Program-made: the position numbers and the translations under genes
Notes under the pieces: generated by a model
The model's database searches: none
What the model saw: only the letters and a program-made list of their open reading frames with translations
What the model was told of the DNA's origin: nothing
Part shown: positions 13,190 through 28,059 of the stretch, one piece after another
How the letters are laid out: each line of letters starts with the position of its first letter
How positions within the stretch are numbered: the stretch's first letter is position 1
Source of the DNA: Eledone cirrhosa
Lineage: Eukaryota
Assembly: GCA_964016885.1 (NCBI GenBank)
Contig: OZ024741.1
Location: forward strand, 295,554,001 to 295,618,000
DNA length: 64,000 nt
Direction of reading: 5' to 3'

Positions 13190-14005
13190 TTTCAAATACC
13201 ACTTTGGAAGAAGAATCAGGATGGAGAGAGAGGTGCTGTACCCCAGCAAGTTTTATGAAAGGTGGGTGAAAGTGGCGAGAATGGCCCGAGTTTGAGGAGC
13301 TCTACCAGTTTGAGACAAAATCTACAGGCACGGACGTTCTGGCAGAGATCCTGCCAAAAGGACCTGTCCAAGATGTGAGCAGGACATCGAAACTGCTCTG
13401 CACGCAATTGTTCAGTGCCCAGGGGTGACCTACCTGTGGAATTATGCCGAACAGCTACTGTCACGTGTGGGACGCATCCAGTTGTCAGCCGAGTCTATCG
13501 TGAGGATCACCCCACCGCCTTCATTTAAGAATGAAGAAGACGCGGTCTTCTTCTGTCTGGTGGCTATGGTGAAAGAGGTAATATGGTGGACGAGGTTAAA
13601 AGGACTGAGGGCAAGCACCTTTCTCTCCGAAAAACAACTAATCCCTTTCTTTAAGTACCACTTCATAAGGAAAGAGAGAGTGGAGAGAGAGGTGCTACAC
13701 CCCAGGAAATTTGCTGAAAGGTGGGTGAATGGGTCTTCTCTGTATATAAACCTGTAGGTTGAGGAAGATAAACAGAGGGAAGACGGGAACACCTACAAAA
13801 CCTGTTCCTGGTGTTGAGGGTTGTTCTATCCACAGGGTGTAAAACAACCCTGCAGTAGTGTTACCCCCCCCCCCTAATGGGGATTTCAATTGTTTTATTT
13901 TATATAGTTTATTGTTATTTATCATTAAAGATTTTATTTAAAACCCCCACCGTCACATCTTGTAATGTCCCATTTTTGTACACCCCGGTGGCAAATAAAG
14001 AAAGA
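13190..14005 (+). mobile_element. L1/Tx1-type LINE 3' fragment (zf-RVT region)
   Basis: TCPRC...IETALHAIVQCP CCHC motif leading into ORF 13425-13757, frameshifted; aataaa near the end. Confidence 0.6.
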
Positions 14006-14427
14006 TATCTATAAATATATATATAAATAAAATTAATATATATATATATATATATTAGCAGATGTCTGTGTATTTGTATGTCTATGCATAATGTCAATGA
14101 GGGAGTGAGAGGGGAGAGAAAGAAACGAAGAGGCAAAGTGAGGAAGTAGCTCTTTACTCCTCCTCCTCCATCTCCTCATTCATCACAACGTTTTCCAATA
14201 GAGGGGAGAAATGTAAATAGTGTGAGTGTGTGAGTGAGTTAGAAAAAGAGAGAAAGAGAGAGGGAGAGAGAGGGACAGAGAGAGAAACAGACAGACTAAA
14301 AGAGAGGAAGTGTTACAGGGAGTGTGGTGAGAGAAACGCAGAATGAGAAAAAGACAGAGAGAAGAGAGAAAGAAACGCAGAGAGAACAAGTTTCTATAGA
14401 AGATGTTGAAAGAGAGGGGGATAGAGG

Positions 14428-14462
<35 letters not shown>

Positions 14463-15012
14463 GCTGTGTGTATGTTCTATAGAAGTTGAAAGAAAAGCAG
14501 CACAAAAGGTGGGGGATAGCGACAGAGAGAGAGAAAGAAAGCGAGAGAGAGAGAGACGCTGTGTTTGATACTGCATGTATATGTGTCAGTGTAGATACAT
14601 GTGTGTGTGTGTGATGTGTGTGGAAATAAGAGGGGAAGGAAAGCAATAACTATCAATATGCGCATGTGTGCATGTGTGCGTGAGTGTGCATGTCGCATTC
14701 CAAAAAAAGTAAAAACTATCAACATGTATGTGTGTGTGTGTGTGCATGTGTGTACGTGCATGCATGTGCGTGTGCATTTGCATGCATGTGTGAGTTTGCA
14801 TCCATGTGCGTTTGCATGTGTGTGTGTGTGTGTGTGTGTGTGCGAGCGGTGTTCCACAATCGCCATTTATTTCAATCACTCTTATGAAGATATTCATGTA
14901 ACTTTCACTCAATTTTTCATTTAATCCCCATTTTAATTTTCAAAAAGGTTTCTGAGAAAAATGTTCTTATTCTCTACAAGAGGAGACGGGGTAGATGTAG
15001 ATGATCAGTATT

Positions 15013-18000
15013 CTACAGTGAAGCAAAGATGAGTACAGGTAGCCAGAGCAAGGTCACTAGAGACCCCTGCACAACGACAACAAAGACATGAAAATGACCA
15101 GAGGAGAGCTGCTGCACACAGGGCCAATGAGTCACAAGAGGCAAGGGAAAAATGGTTTGAACAATTACATCAATAAAATGCAATCTGCTGGAGCCAATAG
15201 TCAAATAAGGAAAGAGAAAAATGTTTAAAGGATGCAAGACAAAGACAAGCTACCAAAGTTACCAATGAGACAATAGGTCAGCGAGAGATTAGTCAAAGAA
15301 AAAACCAGGAGCAAACAGTTGCTGCAAAATTTCGCCAATCCTCAGAGGAAAGACGTGCCTTGATCAAGATAGGCTGAATACGTTTGACAAAAGAGTTGCA
15401 CCTTTCAAGGGGACTTGGAAAAGATCAGCTTTCAACTATGATCCAAAATATGATTATTCTACAGAGAAATTGATTGATATTGGAGCAATGTCAAAAGAGT
15501 GCAATTTTTGTAAAGGAAAGAAATGGGAAAGAGGATTGCCACATGCCCACATTTTGATTTGGTTACAAGAAAAACTTCAGCCAAATGATATTGATTTATT
15601 TATTGCCTGATCCACAACAAAATTCTTTGCTGCATGAAATTGTCAAGTCCCAGATGATTCATGGGCCCTGTGGTTCAATTAATCCATCCTCCCCATGCAT
15701 GAGGGATAATAAGTGTACCAATAATTACCCGTGTTTCTTTGTACAAGAAATCCAAACTGGAGAAGGTGGCTACCGCCTTTACAGGAGAAGAAAACCTGGG
15801 CAAAAACAAATGAGAAATGGTCAAGAATTCATCATTGACAATCGGTGAGTTGTACCCTCTTGTCCACTTCTTACAAAAACTTTGAAAGTCCCTATCAATG
15901 TTGAATTCTGCCACTCTGTTAAGTCTATTAAGTATGTTTGCAAATACATAAACAAAGGTTTAGAGTGTATGTTGCAACATACACTCTTATGCAGAATGGC
16001 AGTTAGCAGATAAATAAAAATGACAAAGTTGCACAGTATAAGAGAGGAAGGCTTTTGGGTGCATCTTCAATTTTCCCATTCATGAGAGGCACCCAGCCAT
16101 CATTCATCTGAGTGTCCATGTAGAGAATGGCCAAGTGGGTATCTTTAGAAAGCAAACAGCCTTGCAACAAGCACTTTCTTCAAAAGAAACTACCCTTACT
16201 GCCTTTTTTGAGTTGTGTCAAGAAGATGAAGATGCAAGAAAACTTCTTTACCAAGAATTACCCAAGTATTACACCTGGAGAAACAATAAATGGCACAAGA
16301 GGAAACGTGGGGCTAACACTCTTGCAAGAGTTTACAGTGCCACCCAAGCCAAGCAGAATGCTCTTACTTACGGCTCCTTTTGCATGAAGTACATGGTCCC
16401 AAATCATTCCAAGATTTGGGGAGGGTAAATGATCATGTGTGTGAAATTTATAGGGAAGCATGCTATTAACAAGGTTTTTTAGAAAATCATGAGCATTGGG
16501 ACCTTGCATTGACTGAAACATTAGTGTCAGATTCTCCAAGGAAACTCTGTAACCTTTTTGCAATTATGCAGAGCATGTGTCAACTTGACAGTCCACTACA
16601 GCTTTGGATGAAATATTGTGAGGACATGGCTGAGAACTTAAAGTATGCAGTTCAACAGGCAAACCCAGATATCAATATTCAGTTCTCTGAAACATTTTTT
16701 AACCAAGCACTGATTGGAATTGAGGATCAAGTTTTGGCTGTGGGAGGCAAACATTCGCAAGAGTCTGGATCTGGACTGCCAAAAACAAACCGTCAAGTTA
16801 GTGTGTTAACTTCAAGAGACATAGCAAGAGAGACAAATTATAACATCACAGAATTGGCTGCATTTGTGAACGAACATGAACCTAAACTTCTTCCAGAACA
16901 ACGTTGTGCATATGATAAAATTATTTCATCAGTCAGAGAAAAAAGTGGAGGAATTTTCTCTCTTGATGCTCCTGGTGGCACTGGTAAAACATTTCTAACA
17001 ACATCGCTTCTCTCCAAGGTAAGGCAACAAAAAAGAATTGCAGAAGCAAAGGCTCAGGTTTAGCAAAAGTGTTGTGCCAATGCCACCTGATCATTTGGGA
17101 TGAATGCACCATGTCACATAGAGGTGCAATGGAAGCTCTTGCAGGTCATAAGGGGCAACAATAAATCTATGGGAGTAGTTACATTAATTTTATCAGGAGA
17201 CTTCAGAGACATATTACCTGTCATTCCGAGAGGAACAGGGGCTGATGAAATAAAAGTCTTCGTACCTATGGAATAAAGTACAGAAATTCTCCTTCAATAC
17301 TAACATGCGAGCTTTATTACAGGGGGACCAATGTGCAGAACAGTTTTCAACCCAGCTCCTCCAATTAGGAAATGGTAAAGTACCAATTGATGGGAGTGGT
17401 GATATCAATTTGGCTCATATTGCTATCATCGTGAACTCCTCAGCTGAATTGAATAACAAGTATTTCAAGACTTAATAATTATAATTCACATAAATGGTTG
17501 TGTGAAAGGGCAATTCTTGCTAAAAAAAATGAGACAGTAACAAGGATTAACCATGAGCTAATGAATAAGATTCCAACAGTCATTAAGGAGTACAAATCAG
17601 TTGATTCAGTCCTTGATGAAAATCAATCTGTCCACTACCCAACAGAGTTCCTTAATTCTCTTGAGCCACTTGGAACTCCTCCACATAAACTTTTCTGAAG
17701 GAAGGAGTCCCAATAATGCTTCTAAGAAATTTAGATCCTCCTAAATTATGCAATGGGACAAGGTTGATTGTGAAGACATTATCATCTAATGTGATAGAAG
17801 CTACCATCATCAATGGATGTGCTTCTGGGGAAGAGGTTTTCATTCCAAGAATTTCAATCAAACCAACAGACATGCCATTTGAGTTCAAACGAACACAATT
17901 CCCAGTGTGACTTTGCTTCACATTGTCTATTAATAAAGCTCATGGTCAAACTTTGAAATCTACTGGCTTGCACTTAACTGAGCCTTGCTTTTCTCATGGT

Positions 18001-18155
18001 CAACTTTACATTGGTTGCTCCAGGGTGGGTAGTTTTCAAGACTTATTTGTCTATGCTCCAAACCAGAAAACAAAAGAATGTTGTTTACCCAGAAGCTCTG
18101 GCTATATATATAAGGAACAATTTTGTTCCTGAGCAATGCTGGGTGCCACTGGTAG
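15013..18155 (+). mobile_element. Decayed Helitron (RepHel pseudogene: HUH Rep plus PIF1 helicase)
   Basis: RGLPHAHILIW (HUH), MIHGPCG, SIKYVCKYINKG, LDAPGGTGKT (Walker A), IIWDECTM, LSGDFR, LLRNLDPPKLCNGTRL, FSHGQLY; many stops and frameshifts; degenerate 3' hairpin cctgagcaatgctggg then ggtag|t. Confidence 0.93.
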
Positions 18156-18186
<31 letters not shown>

Positions 18187-18295
18187 ATACATATATGTAT
18201 ATATTGTTATACTTTGGGAGGGTCATGTTGCCAACACACGATTTCAACACACAATTTCAGATAAAGAATCTTGCTAAACAAATTCAGAAACGATT

Positions 18296-18377
<82 letters not shown>

Positions 18378-18602
18378 GACAAGCAGAGAGATAGATAGAT
18401 GTATTTATTATCAAAAGATAGATAGATTCATAGGTAGGTAGCTGTCATCACTTCAAACAACAACAACTGTCACCACTTCAACCATCACCTCCACCACCAC
18501 CAACAAAATCTGTTAAAACTTCTGCTGTAATTATTTGCTTTTAATGAGACAAATGGTTAAAGCAAAAGATGCGCACACACGCATCTGTATACATACATAC
18601 AT

Positions 18603-18643
<41 letters not shown>

Positions 18644-18724
18644 CATACACACATATATATATATGTGCACACACATATCTGTATACATACATGTTCATAT
18701 ATATATATATACATATACACACAT

Positions 18725-18816
<92 letters not shown>

Positions 18817-19015
18817 GCACATACACACACACATATATAAGCATACACTCACAAGACGGGCATACATAGATACAAGAAAATGCAGTTACATTTACATAGA
18901 AGCAACACTTAAGAAAATAGAACCATCTTCGTCACCACCACTACCCCCATCACCATCACTTCACCAGCACCATCACAACAACATCATCAATGCCAACATG
19001 ATCACCATCAACACC

Positions 19016-19047
<32 letters not shown>

Positions 19048-19419
19048 CACTAACACTACCGCTATCTCAGCATCGCCACAACCACTATCACCACACCACC
19101 ACCACCACCACCACCAACACTGCTATCACCACATCACCACCAACAACAACAACACTACCACCAACAACCACAACAATGGGAAGACGAAGAAGTAAAAACA
19201 CTTAGCTAGAGTAAAGTCATTAGTTATGTCTGCATAATAGCATTAGTTATGTCTCGTCTTCTATTGCAAACCTATAAATCAATAAGTAATAAAGAAAATT
19301 GATTTGTGAAGATGATAATACAAAAAAAAATAGGCTAAAATGAATTTAAAAATAACAACAAATAAATGTTATTAAGAAGAAATGCTTAGATATATACATT
19401 AAAAAATAGAAAATAAAAT

Positions 19420-20540
<1,121 letters not shown>

Positions 20541-20768
20541 TTAAAAATGATTATATATGTATAATCAAAGAGAGAAATTTGGTTTTACAAACAGAAGAAT
20601 TACCACTTAATGCATAAAGCAAAGAATTTCAGTTATTTTCTTGAGTTGAGAGCCTACCAGGGATTGATCCATAGGCATAAACCTCTTCCCCCTTGACCTA
20701 CAGTAGCTTTTCAGTCAGGGGCAGTACTACCATTAAGCCAATGAGCCAGCCACCCAAAGAATAGAATT

Positions 20769-23700
20769 CAGAGAAGTGCAGACTTCAGAGAGGTGCAGAC
20801 TTCAGAGAGGTGCAGACCACAGAAATGTGCAGACTTCAGAGAGGTGCAGACTTCAGAGAGGTGCAGACCACAGAAATGTGCAGACTTCAGAGAGGTGCAG
20901 ACCCAGATATGTGCAGACCTCACAGAGGTGCATACTTCAGAAAGGTGCATACTTCAACAAAGTGCAGACCACAGAAAAATGCAGACCTCAGAGAAATTAA
21001 ACTTCAGAGTGGTGCAGACCCCAAACTGATGCAGACCTCAGAGAAGTGCAGATATCAGAGAGGTGCAGGCCACAGAGAAGTACAGGCCACAGAGAGGTAC
21101 AGGCCAGAGAGAGGTGCAGGCCACAGAGATGTACAGGCCACAGAGAGGTACAGGCCAGAGAGAGGTGCAGGACACAGAGAGGTACAGGCCAGAGATAGGT
21201 ACAGGCCACAGAGATGTACAGGCCACAGAGAGGTACAGGCCAGAGAAATGTACAGGCCACAGAGAGGTACAGGCCACAGAGAGGTACAGGCCAGAGAGAG
21301 GTGCAGGCCACAGAGAGGTGCAGGCCACAGAGAGGTACAGGCCACAGAGAGGTACAGGCCAGAGAGAGGTACATGCCACAGAGAGGTACAGGCCACAGAG
21401 AGGTACAGGCCAGAGAGAGGTGCAGGCCACAGAGAGGTGCAGGCCACAGAGAGGTACAGGCCACAGAGAGGTACAGGCCAGAGAGATGTACAGGCCACAG
21501 AGAGGTACAGGCCACAGGGAGGTACAGGCAACAGAGATGTACATGCCACAGAGATGTACAGGCCACAGAGAGGTACAGGCCAGAGAGAGGTGCAGGCCAC
21601 AGAGAGGTGCAGGCCACAGAGAGGTACAGGCCACAGAGAGGTACAGGCCAGAGAGATGTACAGGCCACAAGGATGTGCAGGCCACAGAGATGTGCAGGCC
21701 ACAGAGAGGTGCAGGCCACAGAGAGGTACAGGCCACAGAGAGGTACAGGCCAGAGAGAGGTACAGGCCAGAGAGATGTATAGGCCACAGAGATGTGCAGG
21801 CCACAGAGATGTGCAGGCCACAGAGAGGTGCAGGCCACAGAGAGGTACAGGCCACAGAGAGGTACAGGCCACAGAGATGTGCAGGCCACAGAGAGGTGCA
21901 GGCCACAGAGAGGTACAGGCCACAGAGAGGTACAGGCCAGAGAGAGGTACAGGCCAGAGAGATGTATAGGCCACAGAGATGTGCAGGCCACAGAGATGTG
22001 CAGGCCACAGAGAGGTACAGGCCACAGAGAGGTACAGGCCAGAGAGAGGTGCAGGCCACAGAGATGTGCAGGCCACAGAGATGTGCAGGCCACAGAGAGG
22101 TACAGGCCAAAGAGAGGTACAGGCCACAGAGAGGTACAGGCCAGAGAGATGTACAGGCCACAGAGAGGTACAGGCCAGAGAGAGGTGCAGGCCAGAGAGA
22201 GGTACAGGCCAGAGAGATGTACAGGCCACAGAGAGGTACAGGCCAGAGAGAGGTACAGGCCAAAGAGAGGTACAGGCCACAGAGAGGTACAGGCCAGAGA
22301 GAGGTGCAGGCCACAGAGAGGTACAGGCCAGAGAGAGGTGCAGGCCAGAGAGAGGTACAGGCCAGAGAGATGTACAGGCCACAGAGAGGTACAGGCCAGA
22401 GAGAGGTACAGGCCAAAGAGAGGTACAGGCCACAGAGAGGTACAGGCCAGAGAGAGGTGCAGGCCACAGAGAGGTACAGGCGAGAGAGAGGTACAGGCCA
22501 AAGAGAGGTACAGGCCACAGAGAGGTACAGGACAGAGAGAGGTGCAGGCCACAGAGAGGTGCAGGCCACAGAGAGGTACAGGCCAGAGAGAGGTACAGGC
22601 CAGAGAGATGTGCAGGCCAGAGAGATGTGCAGGCCACAGAGACGTGCAGGCCACAAAGATGTGCAGGCCAAAGAGAGGTACAGGCCAGAGAGAGGTGCAG
22701 GCCACAGAGAGGTACATGCCACAGAGAGGTACAGGCCACAGAGAGGTACAGGCCAGAGAGATGTGCAGGCCACAGAGATGTGTAGGCCACAGAGATGTGC
22801 AGGCCACAGAGATGTGCAGGCCACAGAGATGTACAGGCCACAGAGAGGTACATGCCACAGAGAGGTACAGGCCACAGAGAGGTACAGGCCAAAGAGAGGT
22901 ACAGGCCACAGAGAGGTACAGGCCACAGAGATGTACAGGCCACAGAGAGGTACAGGCCACAGAGATGTACAGGCCACAGAGAGGTACAGGCCACAGAGAG
23001 GTACAGGCCACAGAGAGGTACATGCCACAGAAAGGTACAGGCCACAGAGAGGTACAGGCCACAGAGAGGTACAGGCCACAGAGAGGTACATGCCACAGAG
23101 AGGTACAGGCCACAGAGAGGTACAGGCCACAGAGAGGTACAGGCCACAGAGAGGTACAGGCCACAGAGAGGTGGAGGCCACAGAGATGTGCAGGCCACAG
23201 AGAGGTACATGCCACAGAGAGGTGCAGGCCACAGAGAGGTGCAGGCCACAGAGAGGTACAGGCCAGAGAGAGGTGCAGGCCACAGAGATGTGCAGGCCAC
23301 AAAGAGGTGCAGGCCACAGAGAGGTACAGGCCACAGAGAGGTACAGGCCAGAGAGAGGTACAGGCCAGAGAGATGTACAGGCCACAGAGATGTGCAGGCC
23401 ACAGAGATGTGCAGGCCACAGAGAGGTGCAGGCCACAGAGAGGTACAGGCCACAGAGAGGTACAGGCCAGAGAGAGGTGCAGGCCACAGAGATGTGCAGG
23501 CCACAGAGATGTGCAGGCCACAGAGAGGTACAGGCCAAAGAGAGGTACAGGCCACAGAGAGGTACAGGCCAGAGAGATGTACAGGCCACAGAGAGGTACA
23601 GGCCAGAGAGAGGTGCAGGCCAGAGAGAGGTACAGGCCAGATAGATGTACAGGCCACAGAGAGGTACAGGCCAGAGAGAGGTACAGGCCAAAGAGAGGTA

Positions 23701-24970
23701 CAGGCCACAGAGAGGTACAGGCCAGAGAGAGGTGCAGGCCACAGAGAGGTACAGGCCAGAGAGAGGTACAGGCCAAAGAGAGGTACAGGCCACAGAGAGG
23801 TACAGGCCAGAGAGAGGTGCAGGCCACAGAGAGGTGCAGGCCACAGAGAGGTACAGGCCACAGAGAGGTACAGGCCAGAGAGATGTGCAGGCCACAGAGA
23901 TGTGCAGGCTACAGAGATGTGCAGGCCACAAAGATGTGCAGGCCACAGAGAGGTACAGGCCAAAGAGAGGTACAGGCCAGAGAGAGGTGCAGGCCACAGA
24001 GAGGTACATGCCACAGAGAGGTACAGGCCACAGAGAGGTACAGGCCAGAGAGATGTGCAGGCCACAGAGATGTGCAGGCCACAGAGATGTGCAGGCCACA
24101 GAGATGTGCAGGCCACAGAGATGTACAGGCCACAGAGAGGTACATGCCACAGAGAGGTACAGGCCACAGAGAGGTACAGGCCAAAGAGAGGTACAGGCCA
24201 CAGAGAGGTACAGGCCACAGAGATGTACAGGCCACAGAGAGGTGCAGGCCACAGAGAGGTGGAGGCCACAGAGATGTGCAGGCTACAGAGATGTACAGGC
24301 CACAGAGAGGTACAGGCCACAGAGAGGTACAGGCCACAGAGAGGTACATGCCACAGAAAGGTACAGGCCACAGAGAGGTACAGGCCACAGAGAGGTACAG
24401 GCCACCGAGAGGTACAGGCCACAGAGAGGTACAGGCCACAGAGAGGTACATGCCACAGAAAGGTACAGGCCACAGAGAGGTACAGGCCACAGAGAGGTAC
24501 AGGCCACAGAGAGGTACATGCCACAGAGAGGTACAGGCCACAGAGAGGTACAGGCCACAGAGAGGTACAGGCCACAGAGAGGTACAGGCCACAGAGAGGT
24601 GGAGGCCACAGAGATGTGCAGGCCACAGAGAGGTACATGCCACAGAGAGGTGCAGGCCACAGAGAGGTGCAGGCCACAGAGAGGTACAGGACACAGAGAT
24701 GTGCAGGCCACAGAGAGGTACATGCCACAGAGATGTGCAGGCCACAGAGAGGTGCAGGACATAGAGAGGTACAGGACACAGAGATGTGCAGGCCACAGAG
24801 AGGTACATGCCACAGAGAGGTGCAGGCCACAGAGAGGTACAGGCCAGAGAGAGGTACAGGCCACAGAGATGTGCAGGCCACAGAGAGGTGAAGGTTACAG
24901 AAAGGTTACATCAGAGAAATCAAACCTCAGAGAGGTGCAGACATCACAGAGGTGCAGATCTCAGAGAGAA
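20769..24970. repeat. 17-bp minisatellite array (AGGTACAGGCCACAGAG)n, about 4.2 kb
   Basis: Unit read directly; about 245 units estimated from length; stop-free unit explains giant ORFs in all six frames. Confidence 0.97.
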
Positions 24971-25604
24971 ATGATCAAACTATTGTAGAAATTTGTATGA
25001 TGAAATTAAATATAGAATAATTCCCTATAATCAATAAACAAATCACTAAACATTTTTGCCACAAAGCAACATTGTGGGAATATCAAAAGTGATGGAGATG
25101 GAAGGATGTTATGGTGGGTGTTACCACCTGTAGTTTGTTGTCATGGAATGTGAACTGTGCAGTAGAAACTACAGGCTAAATAATTTCCTTAGTGTAATCA
25201 GAGTAAAAAATATCAAAAATTAGCTTTGTCAGCTCACCAAACTGTAAGCTAAAAGAAATGACACATATTGTAGGGTTAGCCTAGGGTACCATATACCCAG
25301 GTGATGACACTGCAGGCTCTGATGGATGTGTAATAGTAATATATATGAATGGCAAAGCATAAATGAACTGAAAGAGTGACTGGGCATAAGAGGAGATTGC
25401 GTTGGCATGGACATATAATGGATATGAAGGATGACAGCTGTATAAAATGGTGCAGGGCGATCAAAGTTGATTGAAGCTATGGAATAGGAAGACCTAGGAA
25501 GATTTGGGATGAGGTGATAAAAACTGGCCTTGAACAATTCTTTGACTTTTATTGTTCTGAAATATAAATACACATAGTTCAAAAGGAATATATATATATA
25601 TATA

Positions 25605-25973
25605 TACTCTCGGGTCCCAAATAATAGGGGTGGGTAGGATGGAATAAGCAAGGGAGTGAGGGGTTTCTAAAATCGATAATTTTTCTAGGTTGTTTCCTTT
25701 GATGTTTTTTAAAAACCCACATTTGTTGTTTAGTTTACATATTGAGACCCCAACCCATCCTATTTATTTTATAATGTATGGGTTTTCTTTGTAATGTTCT
25801 TTTTTTTTTTTGCCATGTATAATGTATTTTAATGTCTAAAGAAAATTGTCGCAGGAATGCTACCACTTAAAATAAAATTTCGCCGGAGATAAATAAGTAA
25901 AATATAATAAACGGTGGGTGATCTGAAAAATTAATAAGCAGGAGCTGAGGGACGATAATTCAAGACACGAGAA
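25605..25973. mobile_element. Putative MITE (second copy about 52126-52470)
   Basis: About 300 bp shared with 52126-52400; imperfect terminal inverted repeats actctcgggtcc / gacacgagaat. Confidence 0.45.
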
Positions 25974-27021
25974 TCAGTCATTTTATTCAACACTCAAACG
26001 ACTTTACCCATTTGCTACCTCGGTGTATGTTTTTATGCAATTATACCAGAATATAACAAGTTGCTAGTAATTTCAATTAGCTATGTACAGCAGCAAAATG
26101 TTTTAGCCGTCTTTTATTTTTAGTTATTCAAAATATCTTTTTCAGTCTTATTAAACATTTTATAGAGAGTTTAGTGCGTTTTAAATTTTATTTTCTTGGA
26201 TGGGTGGTTAAAAATGTGCATTGGCATGGAAAAATAACAGAAGATAGAATTTAGTGGCATTCATAATTTAATAATAATAAATTAATTAATCAATTTAAGA
26301 ATTGGTGTACAGATTGGTAACATTTTGATGATATCATCAGGCAACACTTCTTATATAACTATCTTGTTGGTTGCCCACAGGTGCAAGCCCAGTGAGGTGG
26401 AATGGCTGTTCTAGCGCCTCTCCCTTACCGTTCTCCGGGGCAATGTAATCTCCATCCTGTCGGTCGGGGCCCAAAGGCAGAGGTGGAAGATTTACATTTG
26501 TTTGTGTATTGTCCACATGACTTCACAGTAAAATACAATTATAGAAGTAAAGGAAGAGAGGAGGAGGAGATATGAGCAACGAACATATTTATCTCTCCAG
26601 CCAGAGATAGATCCACAAAAGCTGAGGGGCATGAATCCTCCCTTCTGAATTAAAATGTAAAAAAAAAATAGATCAACATATTAAGGGTCAAGATGAAATA
26701 AAATAAGGGCTTTATACCATTCAATGCCCTACTACCAAGTTTTTATTGTTTAGTCATGGAGAGTAAGATAGTGCCCTTGACATCTTTTCAGGGCATCTGG
26801 ACAAGACCATAATGATTATAAAACTGTCTTGTTTGAAGCCTAGAAGCTCCACAGGGACTAGGCGTTTATCAATTTCTTTTGCAGCAATGAGATGAAAGAT
26901 TAAAATGCCAGAGCAAACCCAAAGCACCTGAAAACATGAATGCCTGGCCATGGGTTAATATAACCCTGCCTCTGAGCTAAAGACACTCAAGAGCCAGGTT
27001 GTGGTTTTAAATGTAAACAAT

Positions 27022-27516
27022 GGGATATAAACACAGTGGGATCTGAACACAGTGGGATCTGAACACAATGGGATCTGAGCACAGCAGGATATAAACACAG
27101 TGGGATATAAACACAGTGGGATCTGAACACAATGGGATCTGAGCACAGGGGGATATGAACACCGTGTGATATAAACACAGTGGGATCTGAACACAATGGG
27201 ATCTGAGCACAGCAGGATATAAACACAGTGGGATATAAACACAGTGGGATCTGAACACAATGGGATCTGAGCACAGCAGGATATAAACACAGTGGGATAT
27301 AAACACAGTGGGATCTGAACACAATGGGATCTGAGCACAGGGGGATATGAACACAGTGGGATATAAACACAGTGGGATCTGAACACAATGGGATCTGAGC
27401 ACAGGGGGATATGAACACAGTGGGATATAAACACAGTGGGATCTGAACACAATGGGATCTGAGCACAGGGGGATATGAACACAGTGGGATATAAACACAG
27501 TGGGATCTGAACACAT
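27022..27516. repeat. 16-bp minisatellite (GGGATCTGAACACAGT)n with 64-bp higher-order unit
   Basis: About 31 units; four variants recur in a largely fixed order. Confidence 0.93.
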
Positions 27517-27520
27517 GGAA

Positions 27521-27720
27521 TCTGGGTTGTGTTGTGTTCTTGAGCAAAACACTTCATTTCACATTGCTTCAGTATCTCAGCTAAAAATGAGTACCAGCAA
27601 TAACTGGGAGTTTAACCCTATGATTGACTGATGTCCCGTCCAGCAGAGAGTCATAAACACTGTTACTTAATGCCATGGAAACCGAGATAAGCATCTGCTT
27701 GATGAACCTTCACTGACTAA
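27521..27720 (+). mobile_element. CORE-type SINE lacking tRNA head
   Basis: gtgttcttgagcaaaacacttcatttcacattgcttcag...aaaaatgagtaccagc matches the reverse complement of 293-500. Confidence 0.7.
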
Positions 27721-28059
27721 GTTATAAAAATTAATGAAAGGTAGATTGTGATATGAGATGGAGTTGGTTATTTCCACCATCACTGCCACCACCTCCAACC
27801 ACATGACCATCATCACCCCCCCCAATACCACCACCAACATCACCACAGCAACCACCGTCACCACTGCCACTATAACTACAGCTATACCTGCCACTACTAC
27901 TGTCACCAATCCCATGATTCCTAACCAACACCAATACCACTACTACCACCAACACCACATCTACTGCCACCACCACCACCATCACCCTTACTTCAGTTTT
28001 TATTCCTTTGATCAAATATCCTAATCACATTAGCTTCTGCATCTTGTACTTGTTGTTGT

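Noticed and set aside
20810-24988. Giant ORFs of 900-1300 aa on both strands
   Set aside because: They result from a stop-free 17-bp unit; all six frames are open with no unique domain
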